Assembly: GCA_945897315.1 (NCBI GenBank)
Contig: CAMDFF010000001.1
Coordinates: forward strand, 21,262-85,261
DNA from: a candidate division TM6 bacterium UASB124
Lineage (GTDB): Bacteria > Babelota > Babeliae > Babelales > RVW-14
Reading direction: 5' to 3'
DNA length: 64,000 nt
Shown: positions 9,562 to 19,278 of the stretch, piece after piece
How positions within the stretch are numbered: position 1 is the first letter of the stretch
Layout of the letters: each line of letters opens with the position of its first letter
Notes under the pieces: generated by a model
Told to the model about the DNA's origin: nothing
Seen by the model: only the letters and a program-made list of their open reading frames with translations
Databases searched by the model: none
Position numbers and translations under genes: made by a program

Positions 9562-10605
9562 TTATTTTCTAAGTCTTATAATCGCACATCCATCGGCAAC
9601 ATCACATGAGTACAGCCGTGGTGCAAAGAGTGTAAACTGCTCAAGACGACTATCACCATCAACACGAACACTAGCAAGACAATCTGCATACACCGTACAA
9701 TGCCTCAATGATTCGCCTACATTGAGCAGTGTCAGATTTCCAACAACACGTTCCATTCGATGCCATCCACCAACTCCGTCCTGGTTGTAGTCTCTTAAGG
9801 TGCAAACAACATCAATAAGACCCTGTATCTGCACATCACGCTCTGGCAAATCGATTGGTAATTGTGCAAAATCAAGCGTAATAATTGAATGGCAATTTTG
9901 CGGCTGATAAAGCTCTTTCAGATTGATTTCATCGAGATTTTGGCTATACATGTTTAAAAATGCCATACGCAATGCCATATTGCGGTACATTGCACATTTA
10001 ATCCCATGCTCTCCAGCAACTGGCTCTTGCAAAAGCTGTTGCATAGCATTTTTAACAAACGCTTTGGCTGCAGGACACCGAGCAGAAGCATATTTATTTG
10101 TATGGCAACCAGAAGCAAGACAAACTTGATTGAAAGAGCTAACCATGCACTGTTGAAAAATTTGCCTTACAGTGCCTATAGCATCATAACAGAGCTCTCG
10201 ATCTGCCGTAAGCCTGTCATATATCCGTTTGGGTTCTACCAACGGATCGCGAAGAGAGCTCAACACCCTAAAGAATTCTTTGCTTGTTGCCGATAGCGCA
10301 AGCATGCTGTGCTCGTCTAAAAAGTCTCGACTCATACATTCCACAATAAGTGGGTCAAGTTGCATCATCATGTCTTCTGTATCAACAGGACCTAAATCAG
10401 TCTCTTCAGGCTGTACTGCTGGTAGTTGCACTTCAGGATCAATTACGGGGGCAGCTACGGCAACACGCAAGTCAGCACGCCGCTGTGCACGAGCATCACG
10501 AGCAGCATCTTGTGCAGTTTTTTGTTCGGTTCCTGCGGCTAATTCTACCGTCATCAAAAAGCTCACAACCAATATCGCAAGCGGCACTTTTTTCATAATT
10601 TCCAT
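9562..10605 (-). CDS. Hypothetical secreted protein with an F-box-like segment
   Basis: Signal peptide MKKVPLAILVVSFLMTVELAAG. The segment LDPLIVECMSRDFLDEHSMLALSATSKEFFRVL resembles an F-box (L-P-x-E-I...L......L..VSK.F). Start ambiguous (10620 GTG, 10605 ATG or 10596 ATG). Confidence 0.5.
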   Translation of the reverse strand: MEIMKKVPLAILVVSFLMTVELAAGTEQKTAQDAARDARAQRRADLRVAVAAPVIDPEVQLPAVQPEETDLGPVDTEDMMMQLDPLIVECMSRDFLDEHSMLALSATSKEFFRVLSSLRDPLVEPKRIYDRLTADRELCYDAIGTVRQIFQQCMVSSFNQVCLASGCHTNKYASARCPAAKAFVKNAMQQLLQEPVAGEHGIKCAMYRNMALRMAFLNMYSQNLDEINLKELYQPQNCHSIITLDFAQLPIDLPERDVQIQGLIDVVCTLRDYNQDGVGGWHRMERVVGNLTLLNVGESLRHCTVYADCLASVRVDGDSRLEQFTLFAPRLYSCDVADGCAIIRLRK

Positions 10606-10870
10606 GGTATTAACTTTCACAAACTATAATATCAAAATAGTATTTTTACCTTCAGCGTAGAATAACAAATTGAATGTAATAAACAAGACAAAAAACAAGT
10701 CCCACTACAGTAAAACATGCTCTAGCTAGGTACAAACAACAAGAAGGAGAGAGTCGCTGTATAACGTTGCTTTGTATGGTTTATTTTGACTTGCATTAAC
10801 GCTAGCCAAAGAAATGCTTCTGGTTTACCATGTATTGCAAAGATTATAAAGCGTTAAGCCTGAGGGCAAC

Positions 10871-12643
10871 ATGAATAAACAATTATCGCCAAGTTTATGG
10901 TGCTTCGTATGGCATTTTTTAAGCCCGTATAAACACATCGTGATACTTTATAGTAGCCTTGCCTTGCTTGCAGGATGCTGGGGGCCGTTTAATAGCCTGT
11001 TGATTAAATATATAATCAATGCTTTATCTGTATCGCACGCTGAATCTATCTCTTGGTTGGCTCGGCCAGCATCGTTACTGGTACTAAATTTTCTAGTTTT
11101 TGATAATGTTACATGGCGCTCAATGACATATTTAAATTATAAATATCAGCCCGTCATCAAAAATAACATTATTAGCGAGACATTCAGCTTTGTTCTTGGC
11201 GCCTCTCCTCAATTTTTTCATGATAATTTGTCGGGCCGTATAGCAGGTCAGATTAATACGCTTGCAGATAGTATAGAATGTATTGTACATAACATATCAG
11301 CTGCTTTTTTTCGGTGTTTCTCTATGCTATTGGTTGCGCTGCTTGGTATGTATTCTGTAAATCCGCTATTTTTTTACGTACTAGCGATATGGTTTTTTGT
11401 ATTTTCTTGGTTTAGCATAGCAATGTCAAAACATCTTGAGACACTGTCCAATGCTCATGCTGATGCTGAATCAGCAATTTCAGGACAACTGGTTGATAGC
11501 ATTACCAATGCGAATAGTGTAGCAATTTTTGCTAGAAGCCATTACGAAGCTTGTCGTCTTGACACCTATTTGCTTGTAGCAAAAAAAGCATTTCGAGCAA
11601 AAAAGCTATTCTTACTAAAACTACATGCTGTTCAAGGTGGATTGATCGCTGTAATGCTTGGTTTTTTAGTATATTTTCTAACTCATTTATACGGCAAACA
11701 GCTCATTAGCATTGGTGATTTTGCACTTATTCTAGGACTAGGCATGGAGGTTGGCCACATAACGTGGTATACAATGTCGCAAGTTGATGAGTTTTATCAG
11801 GCCGTTGGCAAATGCAAACAAAGCCTCTCCAAGCTCATAGTGCAACGAGACATCAACGACATAAAAGATGCGCACGATCTATCAGTTGCTGAGGGACAAA
11901 TCACCTTTTCTCATATGAATTTCTGCTACAAAGACACAGATTTGCTCTTTAAAAACACTTCTGTGACTATTGAGGCTGGACAAAAAGTTGGCCTCGTTGG
12001 TTATTCTGGTAGCGGTAAATCAACGTTCGTAAACCTGATTCTTCGACTTTACGATATAACCAATGGCCATATTTTTATAGATAGCCACGATATTCGTACC
12101 GTTACCCAAGATAGCTTGCACAGCAATATTGCTATGATTCCCCAAGACCCCTCTCTGTTCCATCGCAGCTTAATGGAGAATATTCGTTACGGACGCATTG
12201 AAGCAACTGATGACGAAGTGATTGAAGCTGCAAAAAAAGCACACGCTCATGAGTTTATCATGCTGCTGCCACAAGGCTATGCGTCTCCTGTTGGTGAACG
12301 AGGAGTCAAGCTCTCAGGTGGGCAGCGTCAACGAATTGCGATAGCCCGAGCTATATTAAAAAATGCTCCCATTTTAATTCTTGATGAAGCAACTTCTCAG
12401 CTTGATTCTGTTACTGAGCATGTTATCCAAGACAGTCTGTGGGAATTAATGCAAAACAAGACAACACTTATTATTGCGCATCGCTTATCAACATTGCTTA
12501 GCATGGACCGCATCATGGTGTTTGACCAAGGCAAGATTGTAGAAGATGGTACACATGCTGTGTTGCTTGCAGCTGGTGGTTTATACAAGACATTGTGGGA
12601 TGCACAAGTTGGCGGTTTTTTGCCTGACAAACGAAATGGATGA
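10871..12643 (+). CDS. ABC transporter, fused permease/ATPase exporter (MsbA/multidrug type)
   Basis: N-terminal six-TM-type domain. Walker A GYSGSGKST, signature LSGGQRQRIAIARA, Walker B ILILDEATSQLD, H-loop IIAHRLST. Confidence 0.9.
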   Translation: MNKQLSPSLWCFVWHFLSPYKHIVILYSSLALLAGCWGPFNSLLIKYIINALSVSHAESISWLARPASLLVLNFLVFDNVTWRSMTYLNYKYQPVIKNNIISETFSFVLGASPQFFHDNLSGRIAGQINTLADSIECIVHNISAAFFRCFSMLLVALLGMYSVNPLFFYVLAIWFFVFSWFSIAMSKHLETLSNAHADAESAISGQLVDSITNANSVAIFARSHYEACRLDTYLLVAKKAFRAKKLFLLKLHAVQGGLIAVMLGFLVYFLTHLYGKQLISIGDFALILGLGMEVGHITWYTMSQVDEFYQAVGKCKQSLSKLIVQRDINDIKDAHDLSVAEGQITFSHMNFCYKDTDLLFKNTSVTIEAGQKVGLVGYSGSGKSTFVNLILRLYDITNGHIFIDSHDIRTVTQDSLHSNIAMIPQDPSLFHRSLMENIRYGRIEATDDEVIEAAKKAHAHEFIMLLPQGYASPVGERGVKLSGGQRQRIAIARAILKNAPILILDEATSQLDSVTEHVIQDSLWELMQNKTTLIIAHRLSTLLSMDRIMVFDQGKIVEDGTHAVLLAAGGLYKTLWDAQVGGFLPDKRNG

Positions 12644-12663
12644 AAAATCAGGAATGAATGAGG

Positions 12664-13293
12664 TCATTGTACCTGGACCAGACTTTTTATTAACAACTGT
12701 GCAAGCCATTTTTCATATTCAGCAGGCTTCCATCCTTGCTCAACGACAAACATGCGATACATATCTCGCCCCGTAAAGGCCCACAAAATATCCCGCGCCT
12801 TGGTTACGCTCAGTCCTATTGCAAGAGATTTTTCTTTTACCATAGCTTTAATAGTATCTTCCTGTCGGTCATAGCGACGAAGCTCCCTTTCACGTTCAAA
12901 CTCTTTGAACTCAGGGGCTAAAACAGCCGCTCCTCGAAAAATATCCATTTGTTCTCGCTCGGCATCGTAGATTTGTCGTGCCATTTTAGCAGATATCGCA
13001 AGTCGGATTTCGGCTGATTCCGCAAGCATTGCCTGCTGAGCAAGAGCTTTGAATTGATCCGATGGAAGAGATTCATCCATCAAGGCACGAAGAATGCCTC
13101 GCTTAGACTGAAAAATCGCATAAATAGTGGGCGCAGAAACATTTGCTTCTCCCGCTAATTTTTCAATGGTCATAGACTCAAAGCCTTCAGCCTGAAATAA
13201 TTTTTTTGCTCCTGTAAGAATACGAAGTTTTGTTTGTGCTGCTTGGGTATCTCGAGCTTGAGAATTATACGTTCTTTTTTTGCGATCCGGCAT
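12664..13293 (-). CDS. TetR-family transcriptional regulator
   Basis: N-terminal TetR HTH (FESMTIEKLAGEANVSAPTIYAIFQSKRGIL). Divergent from the SnoaL/SDR pair and convergent with the ABC exporter. Confidence 0.85.
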   Translation of the reverse strand: MPDRKKRTYNSQARDTQAAQTKLRILTGAKKLFQAEGFESMTIEKLAGEANVSAPTIYAIFQSKRGILRALMDESLPSDQFKALAQQAMLAESAEIRLAISAKMARQIYDAEREQMDIFRGAAVLAPEFKEFERERELRRYDRQEDTIKAMVKEKSLAIGLSVTKARDILWAFTGRDMYRMFVVEQGWKPAEYEKWLAQLLIKSLVQVQ

Positions 13294-13456
13294 AAATTAT
13301 GAAACTCTTTTATTGGCCTATTAAAATGAAAAATAACACTATCTACAGTAGCATATATCTCAAAAACCTGAAATTTTAACGCCGTTTGACTGATTAGATA
13401 TAGTTTACTATATTGAATATAAGATATCAAAGAAATAGTCAAATAAGGAGTTTGTT

Positions 13457-13828
13457 ATGGTTGATAAAAATATGGCTATCGCGCAAGGTTACTACACTGC
13501 AATGGCACAAAAAGATGCTGCTGGCTTGGAACAGCGCCTGCATCCTGCTGTGCATTTTGTTAGTCCACTTGCAGAATTGCATGGAAAAGAGGATGTGTTT
13601 GCGGCAGTAAAAGGATTTATGGGCGCCTTCCAGGCGCTTACCATTCGTGCATCATTTGGTTCTGAAACACAAGCGATGTTGGCGATTGATACGCTATTTC
13701 CAGTACCGATTGGTAATTTGCGTACAGCTTCTTTGGTGACAATCAAGGATGGGTTGATCACAAAAATTGAGCTCTTTTATGATGGAAAGCAGCTGGAGAA
13801 AAAGAGCAGCGATATTTTTGGGAATTAG
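13457..13828 (+). CDS. SnoaL/NTF2-like fold small protein
   Basis: 123 aa with a strong SD (AAGGAG). The N-terminus AQGYYTAMAQKDAAGLEQRLHPAVHFVSPL is typical of SnoaL-like/ketosteroid-isomerase-like domains. Confidence 0.55.
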   Translation: MVDKNMAIAQGYYTAMAQKDAAGLEQRLHPAVHFVSPLAELHGKEDVFAAVKGFMGAFQALTIRASFGSETQAMLAIDTLFPVPIGNLRTASLVTIKDGLITKIELFYDGKQLEKKSSDIFGN

Positions 13829-13831
13829 AAC

Positions 13832-14653
13832 ATGAAAAAAATTGTTTTAGTCATATCTGTAATGCTTGTTGCAGGGTACCTATTTAATAGCATTGTGCTA
13901 GATTCTGTTTTTATAGATGCTCCTCTTCATGCTCAAAAAGCCATCGTGATTGGTGCAAGCTCTGGGATAGGTAAGGCTCTCGCCGAAGTGTTGGCTAATA
14001 ATGGCTACGAAGTTGGCCTAACCGGACGCAGGGCTGATCTATTACAAGGCTTACAACAAAAACTACCAACGAAGACGTTTGTTAAGCAGATGGATCTTAG
14101 AACACCCGAAAAATCTATGCAGCAGCTAGAAGAGCTTATTCAAGAAATGGGTGGCCTAGATCTAATTATCTTGAATGCTGGTTTTGCGCATGACGATAAA
14201 GACCTTGATTGGCAAAAATCCAAAGAAATTCTTGATGTTAATGTTATTGGTTTTGCGGCAATGGCAAATGTTGCTCTTAAATATTTTCTTCCGCAAAAGC
14301 ATGGTCATCTTGTTGGAGTCTCGTCAGTTTGTGCAGAGTATGCGTTCAAAGACGCCTTTACCTATGCTGCATCAAAATCTTTTGCTTCGGCTCTGTGTCA
14401 AGGCATCAGAAACACTGTACGGCCCACAGGTTTGCCAATTTACGTTACAGACATTAGGCCAGGTTTTGTTGATACTGCTATGGTTGCGAATTGCCCAGAC
14501 AAATATTGGGAGTCTTCTCCTCGTGAAGCTGCTGAACAAATTTATGATGCCATTCAGTCTCATAAAAAAATTGCTTATGTCACCAAGCGCTGGCGTATTA
14601 TTTCTTGGGCACTACAATTAGCCCCAGATTGGTTAATTGATTTCGTAGTCTGA
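13832..14653 (+). CDS. Short-chain dehydrogenase/reductase (SDR) with an N-terminal membrane anchor
   Basis: Cofactor motif GASSGIGKALA, catalytic YAASK, and NAG (ILNAGF). N-terminal hydrophobic helix. Confidence 0.85.
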   Translation: MKKIVLVISVMLVAGYLFNSIVLDSVFIDAPLHAQKAIVIGASSGIGKALAEVLANNGYEVGLTGRRADLLQGLQQKLPTKTFVKQMDLRTPEKSMQQLEELIQEMGGLDLIILNAGFAHDDKDLDWQKSKEILDVNVIGFAAMANVALKYFLPQKHGHLVGVSSVCAEYAFKDAFTYAASKSFASALCQGIRNTVRPTGLPIYVTDIRPGFVDTAMVANCPDKYWESSPREAAEQIYDAIQSHKKIAYVTKRWRIISWALQLAPDWLIDFVV

Positions 14654-14874
14654 AAAACGAAATTGTCCATGTTGCACCCAATAGAACTTGGCTATAAAAA
14701 ATCTTTTTAATTTCATTGCCATAGAAAATAAAAAACGTAAGATAACCGTTACTGGTGATAGCTTTTGCTCGATTCAATGATCAAAATTAAAATCCTGGAG
14801 CAGCAGGAAAATCTCTCAAAATATTAAACTAAGAATGTTGAGCCTTTATAAATTTTGTTAAGTACATTGTTTTC

Positions 14875-16446
14875 GTGAGCACTGTCCTGGGGTATTTTAA
14901 TATCGAATGCTCCATTCATGAATCTGCTCATACGCAAAAAATCAACTTCTTAAGTTATAATATCCAGCTCAGCGGCCTTGATGTTAATGGTCATGTATGG
15001 TGCGATAGAAAATATGCCGTGAGCACCTTACTTTCTTATGCAGACATTATTGCCTTACAAGAAATTACTCATGATCAGCTGATTGATTTAAAACAAATGT
15101 TGCCAGATTATCAGTTTGTTGGCTTTAACACCGTTACGGGAAAGAGCTTAGAAGTCGTTGCATCTGATACTCAAGAAGGACTTGTCATTGCATTTAAACG
15201 AGCTATGTACTCATTAAAATCAACTGAAATGATATGGTATTCAGATACTCCCGCTGTTCCATCACAGCGCTGGGGAAGCTGGGAAAGTGCATTTCCAAAA
15301 GCTTTGCAAAAAGCAACGCTTATTTTTTGTGCAAGCAATCACGAGCTAGATATTTTTAACAGCCACTTTGCCCATGATGATGATCTTTCAGGTGTAATTA
15401 ATCCTCGCTTATTATCGAGTGCTGTCGAACTTGAACTACTGAAAACTCGTACCAAGCGCTACTGGATTTCGGCAGGCGATCGCAATTTTCATGAACCACG
15501 CGACACTTCCGCTTACGAATTTTACAGCAAAAGCCCTGATGTTGCCGATTCAAGAACAAGCTCCCTTGAAAATCATGGCTTAGAAACCACCTTTATTGGT
15601 TATGAAGGCCACCCTCGCCTCAATGAAATTTTATCTGATGGTACATTTGCCAAAAAATACTATCTCGATATAGTTTTTCACAACCCCAACTTGATGATGA
15701 GTAATTACTGGGTTTCTCACCCAGGGGAATATGACGATAGCTTAAATCTACTACCTCTGGGCAACTGCAAACAGCCAAATAAACGTTTGTTCGCCTCTGA
15801 CCATACAGCCATTTTCGTAGAATATAGCCTGTACGATTTTTCAGGCACAGCCCAAGGCTTATCCGATAACAGTTATTCGTTTCTCAAAAAAACTCAACTA
15901 CCAATGAGAGTTTATATACAAATGCAACACAATTTCACCTTCACGCCCATCACCGAAAAAAACCTCCCATCGCTGCAGCCTTTACTCTACCAGTGGTTAC
16001 ATTCTCCGCATGTTGCGCAATGGTGGCCAGCACCCACAGACAACGAAGATTTTTTGAACTCATTTCTCAAGCGTATTCGCTCAGGAACGAAGCCGTACCT
16101 GGTTTCATGCAATGATGTGCCAATGGGGTATATTCAAACCTATGCTGTTGATCGACCTGGAACAGCTCCTTATGACAAGATGCTGCCAGAAAATTTAGTA
16201 GGCATCGACCAATTCATTGGGGAACTAGATTATTTGCATAAGGGGTTTGGTGCATTATTCATCAAGCAATTTATACAAGATTTGCTAGTGCAAGATCCAA
16301 CACAAACAATTATTCTAGACCCTACAGCAACCAATCTTGCAGCGATTCGATGCTATGAAAAAGTTGGTTTTCAGCGAATGGGTGAGTATGACCCGCCATA
16401 TGGGCCAGATGGGCCAGCATTGTTGATGGTGTATAAAGCAGAGTAA
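14875..16446 (+). CDS. Fusion protein: endonuclease/exonuclease/phosphatase (EEP) domain plus an AAC(6')/IucB-like GNAT acyltransferase domain
   Basis: N-terminal half: LSYNIQ, IIALQEI and C-terminal SDHTAIFVEY (EEP catalytic His context). C-terminal half: WLHSPHVAQWW, GYIQTY, IDQFIGE..YLHKGFG, ILDPTATNLAAIRCYEKVGF (Acetyltransf_8-like pattern). GTG start with no obvious SD. Confidence 0.7.
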   Translation: MSTVLGYFNIECSIHESAHTQKINFLSYNIQLSGLDVNGHVWCDRKYAVSTLLSYADIIALQEITHDQLIDLKQMLPDYQFVGFNTVTGKSLEVVASDTQEGLVIAFKRAMYSLKSTEMIWYSDTPAVPSQRWGSWESAFPKALQKATLIFCASNHELDIFNSHFAHDDDLSGVINPRLLSSAVELELLKTRTKRYWISAGDRNFHEPRDTSAYEFYSKSPDVADSRTSSLENHGLETTFIGYEGHPRLNEILSDGTFAKKYYLDIVFHNPNLMMSNYWVSHPGEYDDSLNLLPLGNCKQPNKRLFASDHTAIFVEYSLYDFSGTAQGLSDNSYSFLKKTQLPMRVYIQMQHNFTFTPITEKNLPSLQPLLYQWLHSPHVAQWWPAPTDNEDFLNSFLKRIRSGTKPYLVSCNDVPMGYIQTYAVDRPGTAPYDKMLPENLVGIDQFIGELDYLHKGFGALFIKQFIQDLLVQDPTQTIILDPTATNLAAIRCYEKVGFQRMGEYDPPYGPDGPALLMVYKAE

Positions 16447-16464
16447 GGTCGTTATTCAGATTCG

Positions 16465-16947
16465 TTATATTTTGCGCCAAGAGTTACTATTACTGCGACA
16501 GTGGGAACAAACTTGCTTTGTTTGATTGGCTACCCGTACCATAAAATCTACTATTTCTGAGATAGAGCCTGTTTTCATCATAATGACGCAATCATCTAGT
16601 ATCATTTTTGACTCAGCAACGCTGTCTTCCCCATTTTCTACTGATTTGAGAGCTTTACCAATAAGCCCTCCCGTAAATTCACCAAGCGTTAGTGCTTTGG
16701 TGGTACATTTGCCACACAAAATGCTGGGCTTTGTAGTATGTTTTTTCTCGAATTGTTCATTGCCTTCAATAAGAGAGGGCCAGTAAGAAAGAAACATTAA
16801 AAAATTGGTCGCTTTATCCGGCGCTAGAAATCTTGTTGGAGCTGGATCATTATTGGCGGCTGTTATGAGGCAACTACTCTGTGCAAAAGCAGCTATGGTT
16901 ATATTCATAAGCGTTATACACGCAATCGTCTTAATTTTTTTCTTCAT
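16465..16947 (-). CDS. Hypothetical secreted protein
   Basis: Signal peptide MKKKIKTIACITLMNITIAAFAQS. No recognisable domain. Confidence 0.4.
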   Translation of the reverse strand: MKKKIKTIACITLMNITIAAFAQSSCLITAANNDPAPTRFLAPDKATNFLMFLSYWPSLIEGNEQFEKKHTTKPSILCGKCTTKALTLGEFTGGLIGKALKSVENGEDSVAESKMILDDCVIMMKTGSISEIVDFMVRVANQTKQVCSHCRSNSNSWRKI

Positions 16948-16987
16948 TCTCGCCCTTCCCCCTTTAAATGATTTTTTAGGGTTTTAC

Positions 16988-17314
16988 TCAATGTTCTGTT
17001 TGGCTATTGTGTAAATTTTTTGTTCTACTTCCCTCTGCTTCTAGCTCAGCTACAGGGTCCCAACATTCAGTTTTTTTGCATTTTGGGCAAGAAATTAAGA
17101 AATTGTTAGCAAAGCCAACCATGCTTTCATCAATGACCCCCTTAGTGCCAGGCAGTAGCGCATGAGCTATTGCCGCAATAACTCTGGGAATAAGGGCGGG
17201 CGCCACTAGTTTTAAGAAATAAGCAACGGGATAAGTTGTTAATTCTGTTAGGCTCATTTTTCTGTTACAGTCACGACATTTCATGATCATAGGATGCCTA
17301 TTCTCGTAAAGCAT
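16988..17314 (-). CDS. Hypothetical small membrane protein with a split CxxC...CxxC zinc-ribbon-like arrangement
   Basis: CRDCNRKM near the N-terminus and CPKCKKTEC near the C-terminus, flanking a hydrophobic segment (YPVAYFLKLVAPALIPRVIAAIAHALL). Confidence 0.35.
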   Translation of the reverse strand: MLYENRHPMIMKCRDCNRKMSLTELTTYPVAYFLKLVAPALIPRVIAAIAHALLPGTKGVIDESMVGFANNFLISCPKCKKTECWDPVAELEAEGSRTKNLHNSQTEH

Positions 17315-17621
17315 TATACTGTTGCAGTGTTGACTTACACCACCCTATCAAAGCAACTAGCCTGGCGCAAGCAATTCTTGAATGGGGTGGTTAGGCTATT
17401 TTTAGTAAGCATTTTTTTACTATAAATGGGCGTACATAATGCGCCATACGGGCCAGCACTATAAAAATTGACGTAAACCAGCAGACTAGATCATCCATGC
17501 AGGCAAAAAGAGAATACGATTTTCTTTGTCATATAATAACTCTCCCATGTAACAAAAGACACCAATTGAAGCTTCTGAACACGCCGCCATAAACCCTTTG
17601 AGATTATTACGCTTCTTAGAT

Positions 17622-17816
17622 TCAATGTGAAAGGGTAATTACAACATCAACTTCGGCTCCTCCAGCAGTACGCCAAAAATAAATTTGCTGGTTTTCTGAT
17701 TGAGTATCAAGCCGGGTTTGTATCTCATTGAGAAACCAATTTTCAAATCTATGACCTATTAAGCCCGTCGTCTTAAAAATGGGAAAATCGTCGATCCCTG
17801 TTAAATAGCTAATCAA
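17622..17816 (-). pseudogene. 3' remnant of a third DUF4143 AAA ATPase gene
   Basis: The 64-aa ORF ...GLIGHRFENWFLNEIQTRL...QIYFWRTAGGAEVDVVI aligns by eye to the C-termini of the intact copies (FRGHLFENFIIADL...LYFWRDQNGRVEVDCLI and WENFVFIERL...YFWRTYEGHEVDFI). No Walker-A portion lies upstream. Confidence 0.6.
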
Positions 17817-17866
17817 ACCATTATTGATGATGTAGCCATTTTTGCTATGATATCACCCTAAAATAA

Positions 17867-17920
17867 CACTTTTGCGTGACAAAATTCACACGATCGTGAT
17901 AAAAATGTCATGCAAAAGTG
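17867..17920. repeat. Nested inverted repeat at the truncation point of the ATPase remnant
   Basis: cacttttgcgtgaca (17867-17881) versus tgtcatgcaaaagtg (17906-17920): 15-bp arms with 1 mismatch, enclosing the perfect 10-bp palindrome cacgatcgtg (17889-17898). Confidence 0.5.
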
Positions 17921-18065
17921 TCCAGCAATGGTAAAAATAGCGTTATGATACCGCAAAAAGGCCCTCTGTTTTGCTTGCCAGTAGATTTATGTTAAACTCA
18001 ACGGGTAAAAATTAACAAAACACCCTGCCTGCCGGGGTTTTTTACTCAAAAAAGATTTATTTTGA

Positions 18066-19091
18066 ATGAGGCTTACCACAATGACACCACAACAAGAAAA
18101 TGTGACTCCCGTAACACCTCTTATTCCAGCGCTCCTCGCATCGCTTGAAGCAGCTACGCTTCCTAGTACACCAACAGAAGCACCAATAACTACAGAGCAA
18201 ATACCGACTGTGAAACTGGACTATACCAAGCCATTGCCATCTGAGCTGGTTACTGTCTTAAAGAACGAGCTAGACGCGTTGGTAGCAAAACCCATAAACG
18301 GCTGGGATCAACAATACCCAACGCTTTATAGAACACTGCTCGATATCACCACTCAGCTTTGCGCAGAAGTAAACTGTCCTGTCCCTGGATTAGTCGTGCA
18401 GTGCACCGGAATAAACGCCAACCAAGGACTTGCAATGATCATGCAAGACGGTAGTACGCAACTCCACATTGGCGCTGCATTTATCTCATCATTTTTATTA
18501 GACTCAGCAACAGAGAATGCGCTACAGCGCCATCGCATATTTCGCTGGACAATTGCTCATGAGCTCGGCCATCTCTGTGACTCAACAATGCACTGGTGGG
18601 CATCCAAAGGGAAAATTCGCGATGGCATAGTAAGCATCACCGACATGCTGATTTCGTACGGCATCTTTGATGGCGTTTTTGCACATATTCCAGCACTTAC
18701 CCGCTTTTCCGGTGGCAACTATCAGTTCTATATAATTCTTGGGCTTGGACTCAAAATTGCGTATAAAACAACAGAAATTATTTTGCACCGTAATTTTGAA
18801 TACTTCGCTGATGCCGTTTCTGTAAAAACAGCTGAACAATTTTCAGCTCACGAAATCGAGCAGGGGCTAACAAGCATGACAACAGCAATTAAAAAATGTT
18901 TGGCAGCTGAGCAAAAGACTGCACGCGAAGCACTGGTGGCCACAAGCAAAACATCCGCACTGGGAACCCTTATGCTTCCTATTCTGCTTGTTATGCAGGC
19001 ATACAAAAATAAAGTGGCACAATTTAATCTATTTTTACTGCATCCTTCTGTTGCCAGCCGGCTTGCTGCAATCAAAAAGCACGTTATGTGA
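18066..19091 (+). CDS. M48-family (HtpX/Ste24-like) zinc metalloprotease homolog
   Basis: HExxH (IAHELGHLCD), downstream NFEYFADAVS (E..AD motif) and C-terminal LLHPSVASRLAAI (HPxxxxR). Hydrophobic segments lie between the motifs. The N-terminus is Thr/Pro-rich. Confidence 0.65.
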   Translation: MRLTTMTPQQENVTPVTPLIPALLASLEAATLPSTPTEAPITTEQIPTVKLDYTKPLPSELVTVLKNELDALVAKPINGWDQQYPTLYRTLLDITTQLCAEVNCPVPGLVVQCTGINANQGLAMIMQDGSTQLHIGAAFISSFLLDSATENALQRHRIFRWTIAHELGHLCDSTMHWWASKGKIRDGIVSITDMLISYGIFDGVFAHIPALTRFSGGNYQFYIILGLGLKIAYKTTEIILHRNFEYFADAVSVKTAEQFSAHEIEQGLTSMTTAIKKCLAAEQKTAREALVATSKTSALGTLMLPILLVMQAYKNKVAQFNLFLLHPSVASRLAAIKKHVM

Positions 19092-19278
19092 CCCTATCAA
19101 AACAGCGACCCAATAACTGCTCTGGATATGTCGACCCCATCCATTCCCCCAAGGGGCTGGGAATGATTATCTGAAGAGAGTATCCAGCGACTACCTGTGT
19201 AGTAAAAAAGCACAAACAAGAACAGAAAACTTTTTGTGTGCAGACTAGGCGAATATTTTATAAAGCGAGAAGCACAAT

